A stretch of DNA of 64,000 nt from Actinomycetota bacterium (lineage in GTDB: Bacteria > Actinomycetota > UBA4738 > HRBIN12): assembly GCA_035711865.1 (NCBI GenBank), contig DASTBT010000004.1, positions 6,439-70,438 on the forward strand, in the 5' to 3' direction. Positions 45,948 to 55,287 of this stretch are shown in pieces (position 1 is the stretch's first letter; the number at the start of each line of letters is the position of its first letter). The notes beneath the pieces were generated by a model, which made no database searches, was not told where the DNA came from, and saw nothing but the letters and a program-made list of their open reading frames with translations. A program made the position numbers and the translations under genes.

Positions 45948-47792
45948 ATGAGGACAGCCCGATGGGCCGCATCGATGATCGCGGGATCGATGGTGGTGGG
46001 GATGCTGGCATCGACGGCGTTCGCCCAGAGCGAGAGCCCCGCAGAGGACCAGGATCTGACCTTCATCGTGGGCTATACGCAGCCCGCCGTGACCCTGAAC
46101 CCGTTCAAGCAGATCCTCACGTCAGAGTACGAGGTCAACAGCCTGCAGTATCCGATGCTGTTCAACTTCGACAAGGACACGCTCGTGGCAGCGACCGGCG
46201 GGCTCGCCGAGGAACTGCCGAGCGTGGAGAACGGCGGCATCTCCGACGACGGCCTCACGTACACGATCAAGATCCGTGACGGCCTGACGTGGAGCGACGG
46301 CGAGCCGATCACAGCGCATGACGTCGCGTACACCTTCAACACGATCCTCGACCTCGGGTTCACGAACTTCACCAACTACCTCCCCTTCACCGACACGATC
46401 GAGGCGCCCGACGACACGACGCTCGTGTGGTCGACCACCAAACCGACGTCGGCGCCGTTCGTACCGCCCTGGATCTTCATCGTGCCCGAGCACGTCTGGA
46501 GCCAGTACGAGACGAAGGAAGAGATCCGCAATGCCGAGGTCAACCTCGAGCCGGTCGTGGCCGGACCGTTCCAGGTCACCGAGTACAAGGACGAGGAGTC
46601 CGTCACGATGGAGAACATCCCGGGCGAAAGCTGGCTCGGGGAGCCCCAAATCGACACGGTGATCTACCAGTTCTTCCAGAACAACGAGACGATGGTGCAG
46701 GCGCTCAAGCAGGGGACCATCGACTTCGCCGAGGACATCCCCTCCGACCTGTTCCGGTCGCTCGAAGCGGAACCGAACATCGAAACGAATGCCGGAGCGG
46801 CGCTCCAATACGCACAGCTGAGCTTCAACATGTGCTTCGAGCAGAACGTCTGCTCGGCGCCGGATTCCACGAGCACGGGACCGAAGTACTTCCAGGATCG
46901 CGTCGTACGACAGGCCGTGGCGATGGCCATCGATCGACAGGCGATCGTCGACCGCATCAAGGGAGGGTACGGCACACCCGGCACGACGATGGTCGGCCCG
47001 ACCGCGGCGTACTGGCACTGGGAACCGCCTGAGCCGTATCCGTTCGATATCGAAGGTGCGAACGAGCTCCTCGAGGGGGCCGGATACACCGATTCCGACG
47101 GCGATGGCGTTCGCAACGATCCGGCCAGCGGCGACAACCTCGAGTGGCGCTTCTACGTCCCCACAGATGACTCCGATCGCGTGAAGGCCACCAGGCTGAT
47201 CGCCGGATGGCTGAACCAGATCGGGATCAAGACCTCGCCTCAGCCGGTCACGGTGGCGAAGATCACCGACATCTGGTACGCGAACGACTACGACATCTAC
47301 TCATGGGGCTGGGGGCCGGACCCCGATCCTGACTTCATCTTGTCGACGTACACGACCGATCAGTGTCTCGTGTGGAGCGACACCTGCTGGTCCAACGAGG
47401 AATACGACCGACTCTATACGGAGCAGCAGACCGCATCCACGATCGAGGAGCGCAAGGCGATCATCGAGGAGATGCAGCAGATCTTCTACGAAGAGGTCCC
47501 CCAGATCGTCCTCTACAACTGGAACGACCTCCAGGCCTACCGATCCGACCGGTGGGAGGGCTTCGTGCGTTCCCCGCAGCCCGATGCCGAGGGCAATGGC
47601 GGCAGCTTGCTGTACCAGTACACGAACTACTCGTACATCTCGATCCGGCCGGTCAGCGAGTCGGCAGGTACCGTTGGCGGCAGCGGCGGCATCCCTGCAT
47701 GGATGTGGGGCGCGATCGCCGTGGCGGCCGTCGTGGTGGTCGGCGGGGTCGTGATGGCTCGCCGGCGTCGCGACGACGAGGACCTGGCGTGA
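45948..47792 (+). CDS. ABC transporter substrate-binding protein, family 5 (peptide/nickel, DppA/OppA-like), C-terminal TM anchor
   Basis: Signal peptide ending …AFAQ, family-5 SBP fold, and a C-terminal hydrophobic helix (AIAVAAVVVVGGVVMARRRR). Confidence 0.8.
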   Translation: MRTARWAASMIAGSMVVGMLASTAFAQSESPAEDQDLTFIVGYTQPAVTLNPFKQILTSEYEVNSLQYPMLFNFDKDTLVAATGGLAEELPSVENGGISDDGLTYTIKIRDGLTWSDGEPITAHDVAYTFNTILDLGFTNFTNYLPFTDTIEAPDDTTLVWSTTKPTSAPFVPPWIFIVPEHVWSQYETKEEIRNAEVNLEPVVAGPFQVTEYKDEESVTMENIPGESWLGEPQIDTVIYQFFQNNETMVQALKQGTIDFAEDIPSDLFRSLEAEPNIETNAGAALQYAQLSFNMCFEQNVCSAPDSTSTGPKYFQDRVVRQAVAMAIDRQAIVDRIKGGYGTPGTTMVGPTAAYWHWEPPEPYPFDIEGANELLEGAGYTDSDGDGVRNDPASGDNLEWRFYVPTDDSDRVKATRLIAGWLNQIGIKTSPQPVTVAKITDIWYANDYDIYSWGWGPDPDPDFILSTYTTDQCLVWSDTCWSNEEYDRLYTEQQTASTIEERKAIIEEMQQIFYEEVPQIVLYNWNDLQAYRSDRWEGFVRSPQPDAEGNGGSLLYQYTNYSYISIRPVSESAGTVGGSGGIPAWMWGAIAVAAVVVVGGVVMARRRRDDEDLA

Positions 47793-47830
47793 GGGTCGAG
47801 GGCTAGCCGACCGCGAGGAGTGACGGCAGC

Positions 47831-48817
47831 GTGGGGAGTCGCCGGTACGTCCTGAAGAAGGTCGCCCAGGCACTCCTCACGTTGTTCTTCGTGCTCGTCT
47901 TCAACTTCTTCTTGTTCCGGATCCTGCCGTCGGATCCCGTGAAGTTCCTCACACGTGGAGCGGGGCTGCAGATCAACGCGGCCGAGCAACAGGAACTGCT
48001 ACGCGAGTTCGGTCTGGACAAACCGGTCTTCCCGGGACAGTTCATCGACTACATGGGCGACACGCTGCGCCTCGATTTCGGCACGTCGCTCACCGTGCAG
48101 TCGGGGCGGCCGGTGCTCGAGGTCTTCACCGGCTTCATGTGGCCGACCCTGCTGCTCGTCGGGGTCTCGACGGTCACCGCGGCGTTGCTGGGCATCTGGA
48201 TGGGCATCCGGGCGGGATGGCGCCGAGGGGGCTATTTCGACCGGACGTCGATGGGTGTGTCGCTCGTGTTCTATTCGATGCCCGAGTTCTGGCTCGGGAT
48301 GCTGCTGCTGATCCTATTCTCCGTGAACCTCGGCTGGTTCCCGGTGGCCGGGCGCGAGACCCTCGGCGCCAACTACACGGGGTTCGCGGCGCTCGCCGAC
48401 ACGCTGAACCACCTGTTCCTGCCGGCGCTGACGCTCACACTCGCCTACATGGGCGAGTACTACCTCGTGATGCGCTCGTCGCTGCTCGACGTGCTCGGTG
48501 AGGACTTCATCCAGACGGCGCGCGCCAAGGGCGTGCGGGAGAAGCTCGTGCTGAACCGACACGCCGTGCGCAACGCCCTGCTGCCAACGATCAGCCTGAT
48601 CGCGTTGTCGTTCGGGTTCGTGCTCGGCGGGGCGATCACGGTCGAGGTCGTGTTCAGCTACAAGGGGCTCGGCGGCCTGACCTACGAGGCGATCCAGAGC
48701 CAGGATTTCCCGCTGCTGCAGGCGATCTTCCTGTTCGCGAGCGCCGCCGTGATCTTCATGAACCTGCTCGCCGATCTCGTCTACGGGCACTTCGACCCCC
48801 GGGTCCAGGAGGCATGA
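47831..48817 (+). CDS. ABC transporter permease (DppB-like)
   Basis: EAA-like loop (…IQTARAKGVREKLVLNRHAVRNAL…), 6 TM. Confidence 0.8.
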   Translation: MGSRRYVLKKVAQALLTLFFVLVFNFFLFRILPSDPVKFLTRGAGLQINAAEQQELLREFGLDKPVFPGQFIDYMGDTLRLDFGTSLTVQSGRPVLEVFTGFMWPTLLLVGVSTVTAALLGIWMGIRAGWRRGGYFDRTSMGVSLVFYSMPEFWLGMLLLILFSVNLGWFPVAGRETLGANYTGFAALADTLNHLFLPALTLTLAYMGEYYLVMRSSLLDVLGEDFIQTARAKGVREKLVLNRHAVRNALLPTISLIALSFGFVLGGAITVEVVFSYKGLGGLTYEAIQSQDFPLLQAIFLFASAAVIFMNLLADLVYGHFDPRVQEA

Positions 48818-48818
48818 C

Positions 48819-49781
48819 ATGCAAGCGCCGCCACTGAAACCGGGGGGCGATCCGCAGATCATCGCGCCCCGGACCCCGGAGAGCCTTCCCGAGCTCCGCA
48901 GCCCCCGCCGTATCCGCTGGACCCGACGGCGCATCGCCCTGAAGCGCTTCTGGAGGCAGTACCGCCGCAGCAAGATGGGCCTGGCCGGCCTCGCGATCCT
49001 GATCTTCTTCATCGGCATGGCGATCTTCGCGGTGGTCGCCGACCCCTCCGGAGCGGACCCCTCGCAGACCAGCGGCCCGGTGCTGTCGCCGCCCTCGCGC
49101 GAGTATCCGCTCGGTACCGACGACTTCGGTCTGTCGGTGCTCACGCTCGTGGTCCAGGGCTCGAAGATCTCGCTGCTCGTCGGGCTGACGGCGAGCGTGA
49201 TCTCGATGTCGATCGGCGCGACGGTCGGCATCGTCGCGGGCTACCGAGGCGGCGCGATCGACACGTTCCTGATGCGGGTGACCGACTTCGGGCTCGTGAT
49301 CCCGTGGCTCGTGCTCGCGATCGTGCTCGCGAGCATCATCGGTCAGTCGCTCGGCGCGATCATTCTCGTGATCGGCGTGACGTCGTGGCCGGCGACGGCG
49401 CGACTCGTGCGCGCCCAGGTGCTGTCCATCCGCGAACGCCCCTACATCGAGCGGGCGCGGGCGCTCGGCGCATCGAATCGGCACATGATCTGGCACCACG
49501 TGCTGCCGAACTCGATGCCCGTGATCTTCGCGAACACGATCCTCACGATCGCGATCGCTATCCTGTCCGAGGCGGCGCTCACCTTCCTCGGTCTCGGCGA
49601 CCCCACGAACCCGTCGTGGGGCTCGATGCTCGACGCCGCTACCGAGGCCGGCGCGACCACGCTCGGGGCGTGGTGGTGGATCGGCGCGCCCGGAGTGTGC
49701 ATCACACTGGTCGTGCTGGCGTTCACGATGTGTGGATTCGCGATGGACGAGATCATCAACCCGAAGCTGAGGGATCGATGA
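48819..49781 (+). CDS. ABC transporter permease (DppC-like)
   Basis: Starts 1 nt after the preceding stop. 6 TM. The conserved loop is YIERARALGASNRHMIWHHVLPN. Confidence 0.8.
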   Translation: MQAPPLKPGGDPQIIAPRTPESLPELRSPRRIRWTRRRIALKRFWRQYRRSKMGLAGLAILIFFIGMAIFAVVADPSGADPSQTSGPVLSPPSREYPLGTDDFGLSVLTLVVQGSKISLLVGLTASVISMSIGATVGIVAGYRGGAIDTFLMRVTDFGLVIPWLVLAIVLASIIGQSLGAIILVIGVTSWPATARLVRAQVLSIRERPYIERARALGASNRHMIWHHVLPNSMPVIFANTILTIAIAILSEAALTFLGLGDPTNPSWGSMLDAATEAGATTLGAWWWIGAPGVCITLVVLAFTMCGFAMDEIINPKLRDR

Positions 49782-49797
49782 ACGTCACCCGGGGAGC

Positions 49798-50793
49798 GTG
49801 CGCATGAACGACGTCCTCACGCTGGACGACGTCCACATCACCTACCACACGTCGAGCGGCGGCGTGCCAGCGGTCCGCGGCGTCGACATGACCGTGCGCA
49901 AGGGCGAGGTGGTTGGCCTCGCCGGCGAGTCCGGGTGCGGGAAATCGACGATCGCCGGCGCGATCCTGCGCCTGCTCCCGTCGAAGACCAAGATCGAGGG
50001 CACGATCACGCTCGACGGCGAGAACGTGCTCGAGATGAAGCCCGGCCGGCTCCGCGCCGTGCGATGGACAGGGGCCTCGATCATCTTCCAGGGCGCGATG
50101 CACGCGCTGAACCCGGTGAAGAGCGTCGGCGACCAGATCGCCGAGGCGATCGTCGTGCACCAGCAGTCCGCCGGAAGGGAGGCCCGCGTGCGTGTGGGGA
50201 GCCTGCTCGAGCAGGTCGGGCTGCCGTCGCGCCGTATGCAGGACTACCCGCACGAGCTCTCCGGCGGCCAGAAGCAGCGCGTGATGATCGCGATGGCCCT
50301 GGCCTGCTCACCCTCGCTCGTGATCGCCGACGAGCCGACGACCGCGCTCGACGTGATGGTGCAGGCGCAGGTGCTGCGGCTGATGAAGGAGCTCCAACGC
50401 GAGCTCGGCCTGTCGATGATCTTCATCACCCACGACCTGTCGGTGCTCGTCGAGACGTCCGATCGGCTCGCGATCATGTACGCCGGGAAGATCGTCGAGG
50501 AAGGCCCCGCCGACAAGGTGTTCCACTCGCCCCAGCACCCCTACACCGAGGCGCTGGCCGCTGCCTTCCCCGAGATCGGCGACGACCGGTTCCGCGGCAA
50601 GCCGATGGGGCTCGGAGGCGATCCGCCCGACCCCGCCGACGTGCCGTCGGGATGCTCGTTCCACCCACGGTGCCCGAAGGCGTTCGAGGACTGCCCGACG
50701 ATCGAACCGGACCTCTACCCGGCCGGCGAAGGGCGTCGAGCGGCGTGCCTGCTCGTGCCGGCGGCGAAGGATCGCGCCGGAGCACCCGCATGA
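49798..50793 (+). CDS. ABC transporter ATP-binding protein (DppD-like)
   Basis: GESGCGKST, LSGGQKQR, ADEPTTALD, and the C-terminal oligopeptide-type extension. Confidence 0.85.
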   Translation: MRMNDVLTLDDVHITYHTSSGGVPAVRGVDMTVRKGEVVGLAGESGCGKSTIAGAILRLLPSKTKIEGTITLDGENVLEMKPGRLRAVRWTGASIIFQGAMHALNPVKSVGDQIAEAIVVHQQSAGREARVRVGSLLEQVGLPSRRMQDYPHELSGGQKQRVMIAMALACSPSLVIADEPTTALDVMVQAQVLRLMKELQRELGLSMIFITHDLSVLVETSDRLAIMYAGKIVEEGPADKVFHSPQHPYTEALAAAFPEIGDDRFRGKPMGLGGDPPDPADVPSGCSFHPRCPKAFEDCPTIEPDLYPAGEGRRAACLLVPAAKDRAGAPA

Positions 50794-51872
50794 GCCAAGC
50801 CGAAACCACCACCGCCCGCCCGCCCGACCCGTCCGAGCCCGAGGTCGTGGTCGAGGTCCGCGACCTGCGGGTCACGTTCCAGGGTCGGGTGGGCTTCTTC
50901 GAGGGGCTGCGCGGCAAGAAGGGCACCCTCTCGCGCGCGGTCGACGGTGTGTCATTCGAGCTCAGGCGCGGCGAGGTCATGGCCCTCGCCGGGGAATCCG
51001 GCTGCGGCAAGACCACGATGGCCCGGGCGATCATGGGTCTGCAGCCCGTCGACGGAGGCGAGATCCTGTACGAAGGCAAGCCGCTCCCGCGCGATCTCAA
51101 GCCGTACCGTCGAGAGGTCCAGATGGTGTTCCAGGATCCGACGGGCACGTTGAACCCGCGCCAGACGATCTACGAGATCATCGCCGAGGGGCTTCGCATC
51201 CACGGCATCGACCGTGGGCCCGACGACGAACCGGAGGAGCAGCTCGTGGCGCGAGCGCTCTCACGGGCCGGGCTGCGTCCGCCGGAGCGGTTCTTCCTGC
51301 GCTACCCGCACGAGCTCTCGGGCGGACAGCGACAACGGGTCGTGATCGCCGGTGCCCTGGTGCTGGAGCCCGAGGTGATCGTGGCCGACGAGCCGGTCTC
51401 GAACCTCGATGCCTCGGTACGGGGAGAGATCCTGCAGCTGCTGATGAAGCTGCGCGACGACCTCCACCTGACGATCATCATCGTCACGCACGACCTCGGC
51501 CTCGCGTGGACGGTGGCCGACCGCGTCGCGATCATGTACCTCGGCCGCATCGTCGAGATCGGCCCGGCCGAGGAGGTGCTGCTGCGCCCCGAGCATCCCT
51601 ACACGAAGGCCTTGCTCGACGTCGTGCCGGAAGCCGGGGGCCTCGAACGACCGGTCCTCACGGGAGAGCCGCCCGATCCCACCCGTATCCCGCCGGGATG
51701 CCGCTTCCATCCTCGCTGCCCCGTGGTCGTCTCGGGCCGGGCGGCCGAGCTCGGGATCGAGGACCGATGCCGCACCGAAGACCTCGCGTTGCAGGACGTC
51801 GCGCCGGGACACGCCTCGGCGTGCTATGAAGCGTTCGCTCGGCACGGCCTGCAAGCGACCGCCGCGGGCTGA
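50790..51872 (+). CDS. ABC transporter ATP-binding protein (DppF-like)
   Basis: ATGA overlap. GESGCGKTT, LSGGQRQR, ADEPVSNLD. Confidence 0.85.
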   Translation: MSQAETTTARPPDPSEPEVVVEVRDLRVTFQGRVGFFEGLRGKKGTLSRAVDGVSFELRRGEVMALAGESGCGKTTMARAIMGLQPVDGGEILYEGKPLPRDLKPYRREVQMVFQDPTGTLNPRQTIYEIIAEGLRIHGIDRGPDDEPEEQLVARALSRAGLRPPERFFLRYPHELSGGQRQRVVIAGALVLEPEVIVADEPVSNLDASVRGEILQLLMKLRDDLHLTIIIVTHDLGLAWTVADRVAIMYLGRIVEIGPAEEVLLRPEHPYTKALLDVVPEAGGLERPVLTGEPPDPTRIPPGCRFHPRCPVVVSGRAAELGIEDRCRTEDLALQDVAPGHASACYEAFARHGLQATAAG

Positions 51873-51877
51873 TCGGA

Positions 51878-52573
51878 TCAGGACACGGCCGAGCCCGTCT
51901 CGGGCGCGGTCGGCGTGCCGTCGGAGGCCTCGTCGCCCTTCAGCACCCCGAGGATCGCTTCCATCTCGGTATCGGACACCTTGGCGTCGCGGGCGGGATC
52001 GCCGGCCTCCTGCGCGCGGACCGTCGCGAGCATCGTGCGGAGATTGGACTCGGCCATCTCGGCCCGCGACTCGAGCTCGCGAACCTTCTCGGCCAGTCCG
52101 CGCGCCCGACCCTCGGCCTCGTCACGCGCCTGACGCGCTTCGCGGGTCTCTTCACGTGCGGAGCGGAGCGCCGCTCGCATCTCGGCCGATTCCCGTCCCA
52201 CCTCGACCAGACGGTCGACGACCGCCCGACCGAAGTCCGAGTAGCGAGCCGCGCCGGCGTCCGCCCGCCGAGCCCCCGTGATCGCTCGGGAGCGCCCGGA
52301 CTTCCGCGGGCGGCGGCCGATCGATTCCTTCTCCCCGGCGGCGACCGGGCGGACCTCGAGCAGCCGATAGGAACCCTGCGCGGGCTCGAGTCGCTTCCGC
52401 GCGATCAGGGCGCGGACCGCGCGAGCGGTCGAGAGCGCGTCGGGGAACCCCAGCTCCCGCCCGATCTCGGCGGGCGTCACAGCCATCACGTCGCCGACGG
52501 CCGTCCGCGTGGCGACAGCCGACAGGAAGGCGTTGACCCGATCGAGGCTCTGCTCGTTCACGCTGGGTATCAT
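51878..52573 (-). CDS. hypothetical winged-helix DNA-binding protein with C-terminal coiled coil
   Basis: Start chosen at MIPSVNEQ. The N-terminal region resembles wHTH (VTPAEIGRELGFPDALSTARAVRALI), followed by a long Arg/Glu/Ala-rich helix. Confidence 0.4.
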   Translation of the reverse strand: MIPSVNEQSLDRVNAFLSAVATRTAVGDVMAVTPAEIGRELGFPDALSTARAVRALIARKRLEPAQGSYRLLEVRPVAAGEKESIGRRPRKSGRSRAITGARRADAGAARYSDFGRAVVDRLVEVGRESAEMRAALRSAREETREARQARDEAEGRARGLAEKVRELESRAEMAESNLRTMLATVRAQEAGDPARDAKVSDTEMEAILGVLKGDEASDGTPTAPETGSAVS

Positions 52574-52647
52574 GCCCGACCGCGGGCGACACGGCCAGTG
52601 GGGTTGCATCGGAACGCTCCACCCCATCCGACAGATAGGCTGCACGC

Positions 52648-53808
52648 ATGACGGGGCGTTTCGGCACAACACCTCCGACACCGCTCGCCGGCCTGCGCAT
52701 CCTGGATCTGTCGCGCGTGCTCGCCGGTCCCCTCGCGACGATGATCCTCGGCGACCTCGGGGCCGACGTGATCAAGGTCGAGCGCCCCGGAGACGGCGAC
52801 GACACCCGCGGATGGGGCCCGCCGTTCGCCGGCGACGACGCCGCCTATTTCCTGTCGCTCAATCGGAACAAGCGTTCCATCGCGCTCGACCTGCGATCGG
52901 CCGCCGGGGTCGACCGCGTCCGCGGGCTGGCATCGGACGCCGACGTGCTGATCGAGAATTTTCGGCCCCGCTTGATGCGGGAGCTGGGCCTGGCGCTCGG
53001 GGACCTGCGCGGGGCGAACCCGCGCCTGGTGACCTGCTCACTGACCGCCTTCGGCGACGATGTCCCCGGAAGCGCCGCCCGCCCCGGCTACGACATCATC
53101 GTCCAAGCGCTCAGCGGCCTCATGAGTGTGACCGGCGAGCCCGGCGGCGAGCCCGTGAAGGCGGGCGTCGCCCTCCTCGACGTGGTGACCGGGCTCCAGG
53201 CGGCGATCGGCATCCTGGCGGCGCTCGCCGAGCGTGACCGGACCGGCCTGGGGCGCCATGTCAGCGTGGCACTGTTCGACGCAAGCGTCGCCGCGATGGT
53301 GAATCAGGCGGCCAACACCCTGATCGGCGGCATCGTGCCGACGCCGCTGGGCACGCAGCATCCCAACATCGTGCCGTACCAGGCCTTCCATGCCTCGGAT
53401 CGCCCATTCATCCTCGCCGCGGGCAACGACCGGCTGTTCCGGCGCTCGTGCGAGGTCATGGGACATGCAGAGTGGGCCGACGACGCGAGATTCGTGACGA
53501 ACCGGGATCGCGTGGCGAACAGGTCGGAGCTCGTCTCGATGCTCACGGCGGTGTTCGCGACCCGGCCCGCCGCGGAGTGGCTGACGGCGTTCGAGGGAGC
53601 GGCCGTGCCGTGCTCGCCGATCCGGACGATGGACGAGGTGTTCGCCTCGCCCGAGGGTGCCGCCCTCGTCGATCGCGTCGACGACCCGGGTCGCGGCGGA
53701 CCGCTCCGACTCGTCGCGAACCCACTCCGTTTCGACGGGCAACGACCCGCGACGAGGCTCCCGCCGCCTTCGCTCGGCGCCGACGACGACGCCGCGTGGG
53801 AACCGTGA
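52648..53808 (+). CDS. CoA transferase family III (CaiB/BaiF)
   Basis: LRILDLSRVLAGPLATMILGDLGADVIKVE N-terminal motif; catalytic Asp context (LLDVVTG). Confidence 0.85.
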   Translation: MTGRFGTTPPTPLAGLRILDLSRVLAGPLATMILGDLGADVIKVERPGDGDDTRGWGPPFAGDDAAYFLSLNRNKRSIALDLRSAAGVDRVRGLASDADVLIENFRPRLMRELGLALGDLRGANPRLVTCSLTAFGDDVPGSAARPGYDIIVQALSGLMSVTGEPGGEPVKAGVALLDVVTGLQAAIGILAALAERDRTGLGRHVSVALFDASVAAMVNQAANTLIGGIVPTPLGTQHPNIVPYQAFHASDRPFILAAGNDRLFRRSCEVMGHAEWADDARFVTNRDRVANRSELVSMLTAVFATRPAAEWLTAFEGAAVPCSPIRTMDEVFASPEGAALVDRVDDPGRGGPLRLVANPLRFDGQRPATRLPPPSLGADDDAAWEP

Positions 53809-54653
53809 GCGAGGCGGCGCGGCTCGCCGAGGCGTGGGCCACGGACCTGGCCTCGTGGGCCATCCCCCGGCCGATCCTCGATGCGGCACCGGAGTCGCCG
53901 TTCGGCTTCCCGGCGGAGCCGTTCGTGCGCAGGGGCCAACGGACGGTCGGGCGGGCAGCGCACGAGGAGCCGACCCCGACGACCCGGCGAGCGTTGGAGG
54001 CTCTAGGCGACGGCGGCAGGGTGTTGGACATCGGCGTGGGCGGCGGCGGCACCAGCTTGCCCTTGGCCGAGCGATGCACGCGGCTCGTGGCGGTCGACGG
54101 TCAGACCGACATGCTCGAGGCGGTCGTCCGCCGCGGCGCCGAGCGAGGCATACCGGTCACGACCGTGCTCGGCCGTTGGCCGGACGTGGCACCGGAGACA
54201 CCCGAGGTCGACGTCGCCGTCTGCGGTCACGTCGCGTACAACGCCCCGGACCTCGCCGCGTTCCTCACCGCGATGTCGTCGCACGCCCGACGGCGCGCCG
54301 TGCTCGAGCTCACCGATCGTCACCCGCTCTCGTGGATGAACGACCTCTGGCTGCGGTTCCACGGGGTGACACGCCCGGACCGTCCGACCGCGGACGACGC
54401 CCACACGCTGAGCACGGCCCTGGGTTTCCCATCACACCGCGAAGACCGAACGGATCCGCATGAGGCCGCGGGTGGCGGGTTCGAGCGACGCGAAGACGCC
54501 GTCGCGCTGGTCAGGCGCAGGCTGTGCCTGACACCCGACCGAGACGACGAGATCGCCGACGCGCTCGGGGCGAGGCTCCGCCAGCACGACGGGCTCTGGA
54601 GCTCCGGACCGAGCGCACAGCCGGTCGTCACGCTGTGGTGGGACACCCTTTGA
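53805..54653 (+). CDS. class I SAM-dependent methyltransferase
   Basis: GTGA-coupled start. VLDIGVGGGGTS (motif I), then an acidic motif II. Confidence 0.65.
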   Translation: MSEAARLAEAWATDLASWAIPRPILDAAPESPFGFPAEPFVRRGQRTVGRAAHEEPTPTTRRALEALGDGGRVLDIGVGGGGTSLPLAERCTRLVAVDGQTDMLEAVVRRGAERGIPVTTVLGRWPDVAPETPEVDVAVCGHVAYNAPDLAAFLTAMSSHARRRAVLELTDRHPLSWMNDLWLRFHGVTRPDRPTADDAHTLSTALGFPSHREDRTDPHEAAGGGFERREDAVALVRRRLCLTPDRDDEIADALGARLRQHDGLWSSGPSAQPVVTLWWDTL

Positions 54654-54657
54654 CGGG

Positions 54658-55248
54658 CTAGTCGGTTTGCCGGGTCAACACGACGGTCCCGGCCGATCCG
54701 AACGTGCCTTGTCCGCCGTCGGGGAACTCGACGTCGAAGGTGGCGGTCGCGCCGTCTCGCGCGGGCAGCCGCAGCCTCAGCCTCGGGATCGTGTCGAGGA
54801 ATCCGCTCAGCTCCTGCGCCCCCGCGGGGTCGCGGCTCGTCTCCTCGAGGCGGAACCGAAGCTCACCTCCACGGGTAGCCCCGATCGCCCGAAGTTCGAC
54901 GCGTTCGGCCTGCACCTGTGCCGTGGGCTCGTCACACTGCAGCTCGCCCCGCAACGTCGCCGCCCCGGCGCCGTCGATCGGCCCGTCGGTCGCCGGGATG
55001 CCCACGTCGATGCGCCAGCTCGCCGCGCACCGTCCGCCGACGAACAGGTCGTGCGACGTACGAGCGTCGATGCGGACGAGCCACGAACCACCCGGATCCG
55101 GCTCGGGTGTGCTCCCGCCGCCGCCCGATCGCACGCCGGGATCGTCGACCCCCGGAGGGAACGGGTTCGTGTTGGCGGCGACGACGGCGCCCACGGCCGC
55201 GCACAACGCGAACACGAGCACCCACACCGTGACCTTCACGAACCGCAC
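54658..55248 (-). CDS. secreted hypothetical protein
   Basis: Signal peptide MRFVKVTVWVLVFALCAAVGAVVAA, then Pro/Gly-rich and beta-rich sequence. It is the last gene of the ankyrin/ATPase/VWA string. Confidence 0.45.
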   Translation of the reverse strand: MRFVKVTVWVLVFALCAAVGAVVAANTNPFPPGVDDPGVRSGGGGSTPEPDPGGSWLVRIDARTSHDLFVGGRCAASWRIDVGIPATDGPIDGAGAATLRGELQCDEPTAQVQAERVELRAIGATRGGELRFRLEETSRDPAGAQELSGFLDTIPRLRLRLPARDGATATFDVEFPDGGQGTFGSAGTVVLTRQTD

Positions 55249-55287
55249 GGGATCGACCCTATCGCGAGGGAGCGAGGTTCCTGCGAG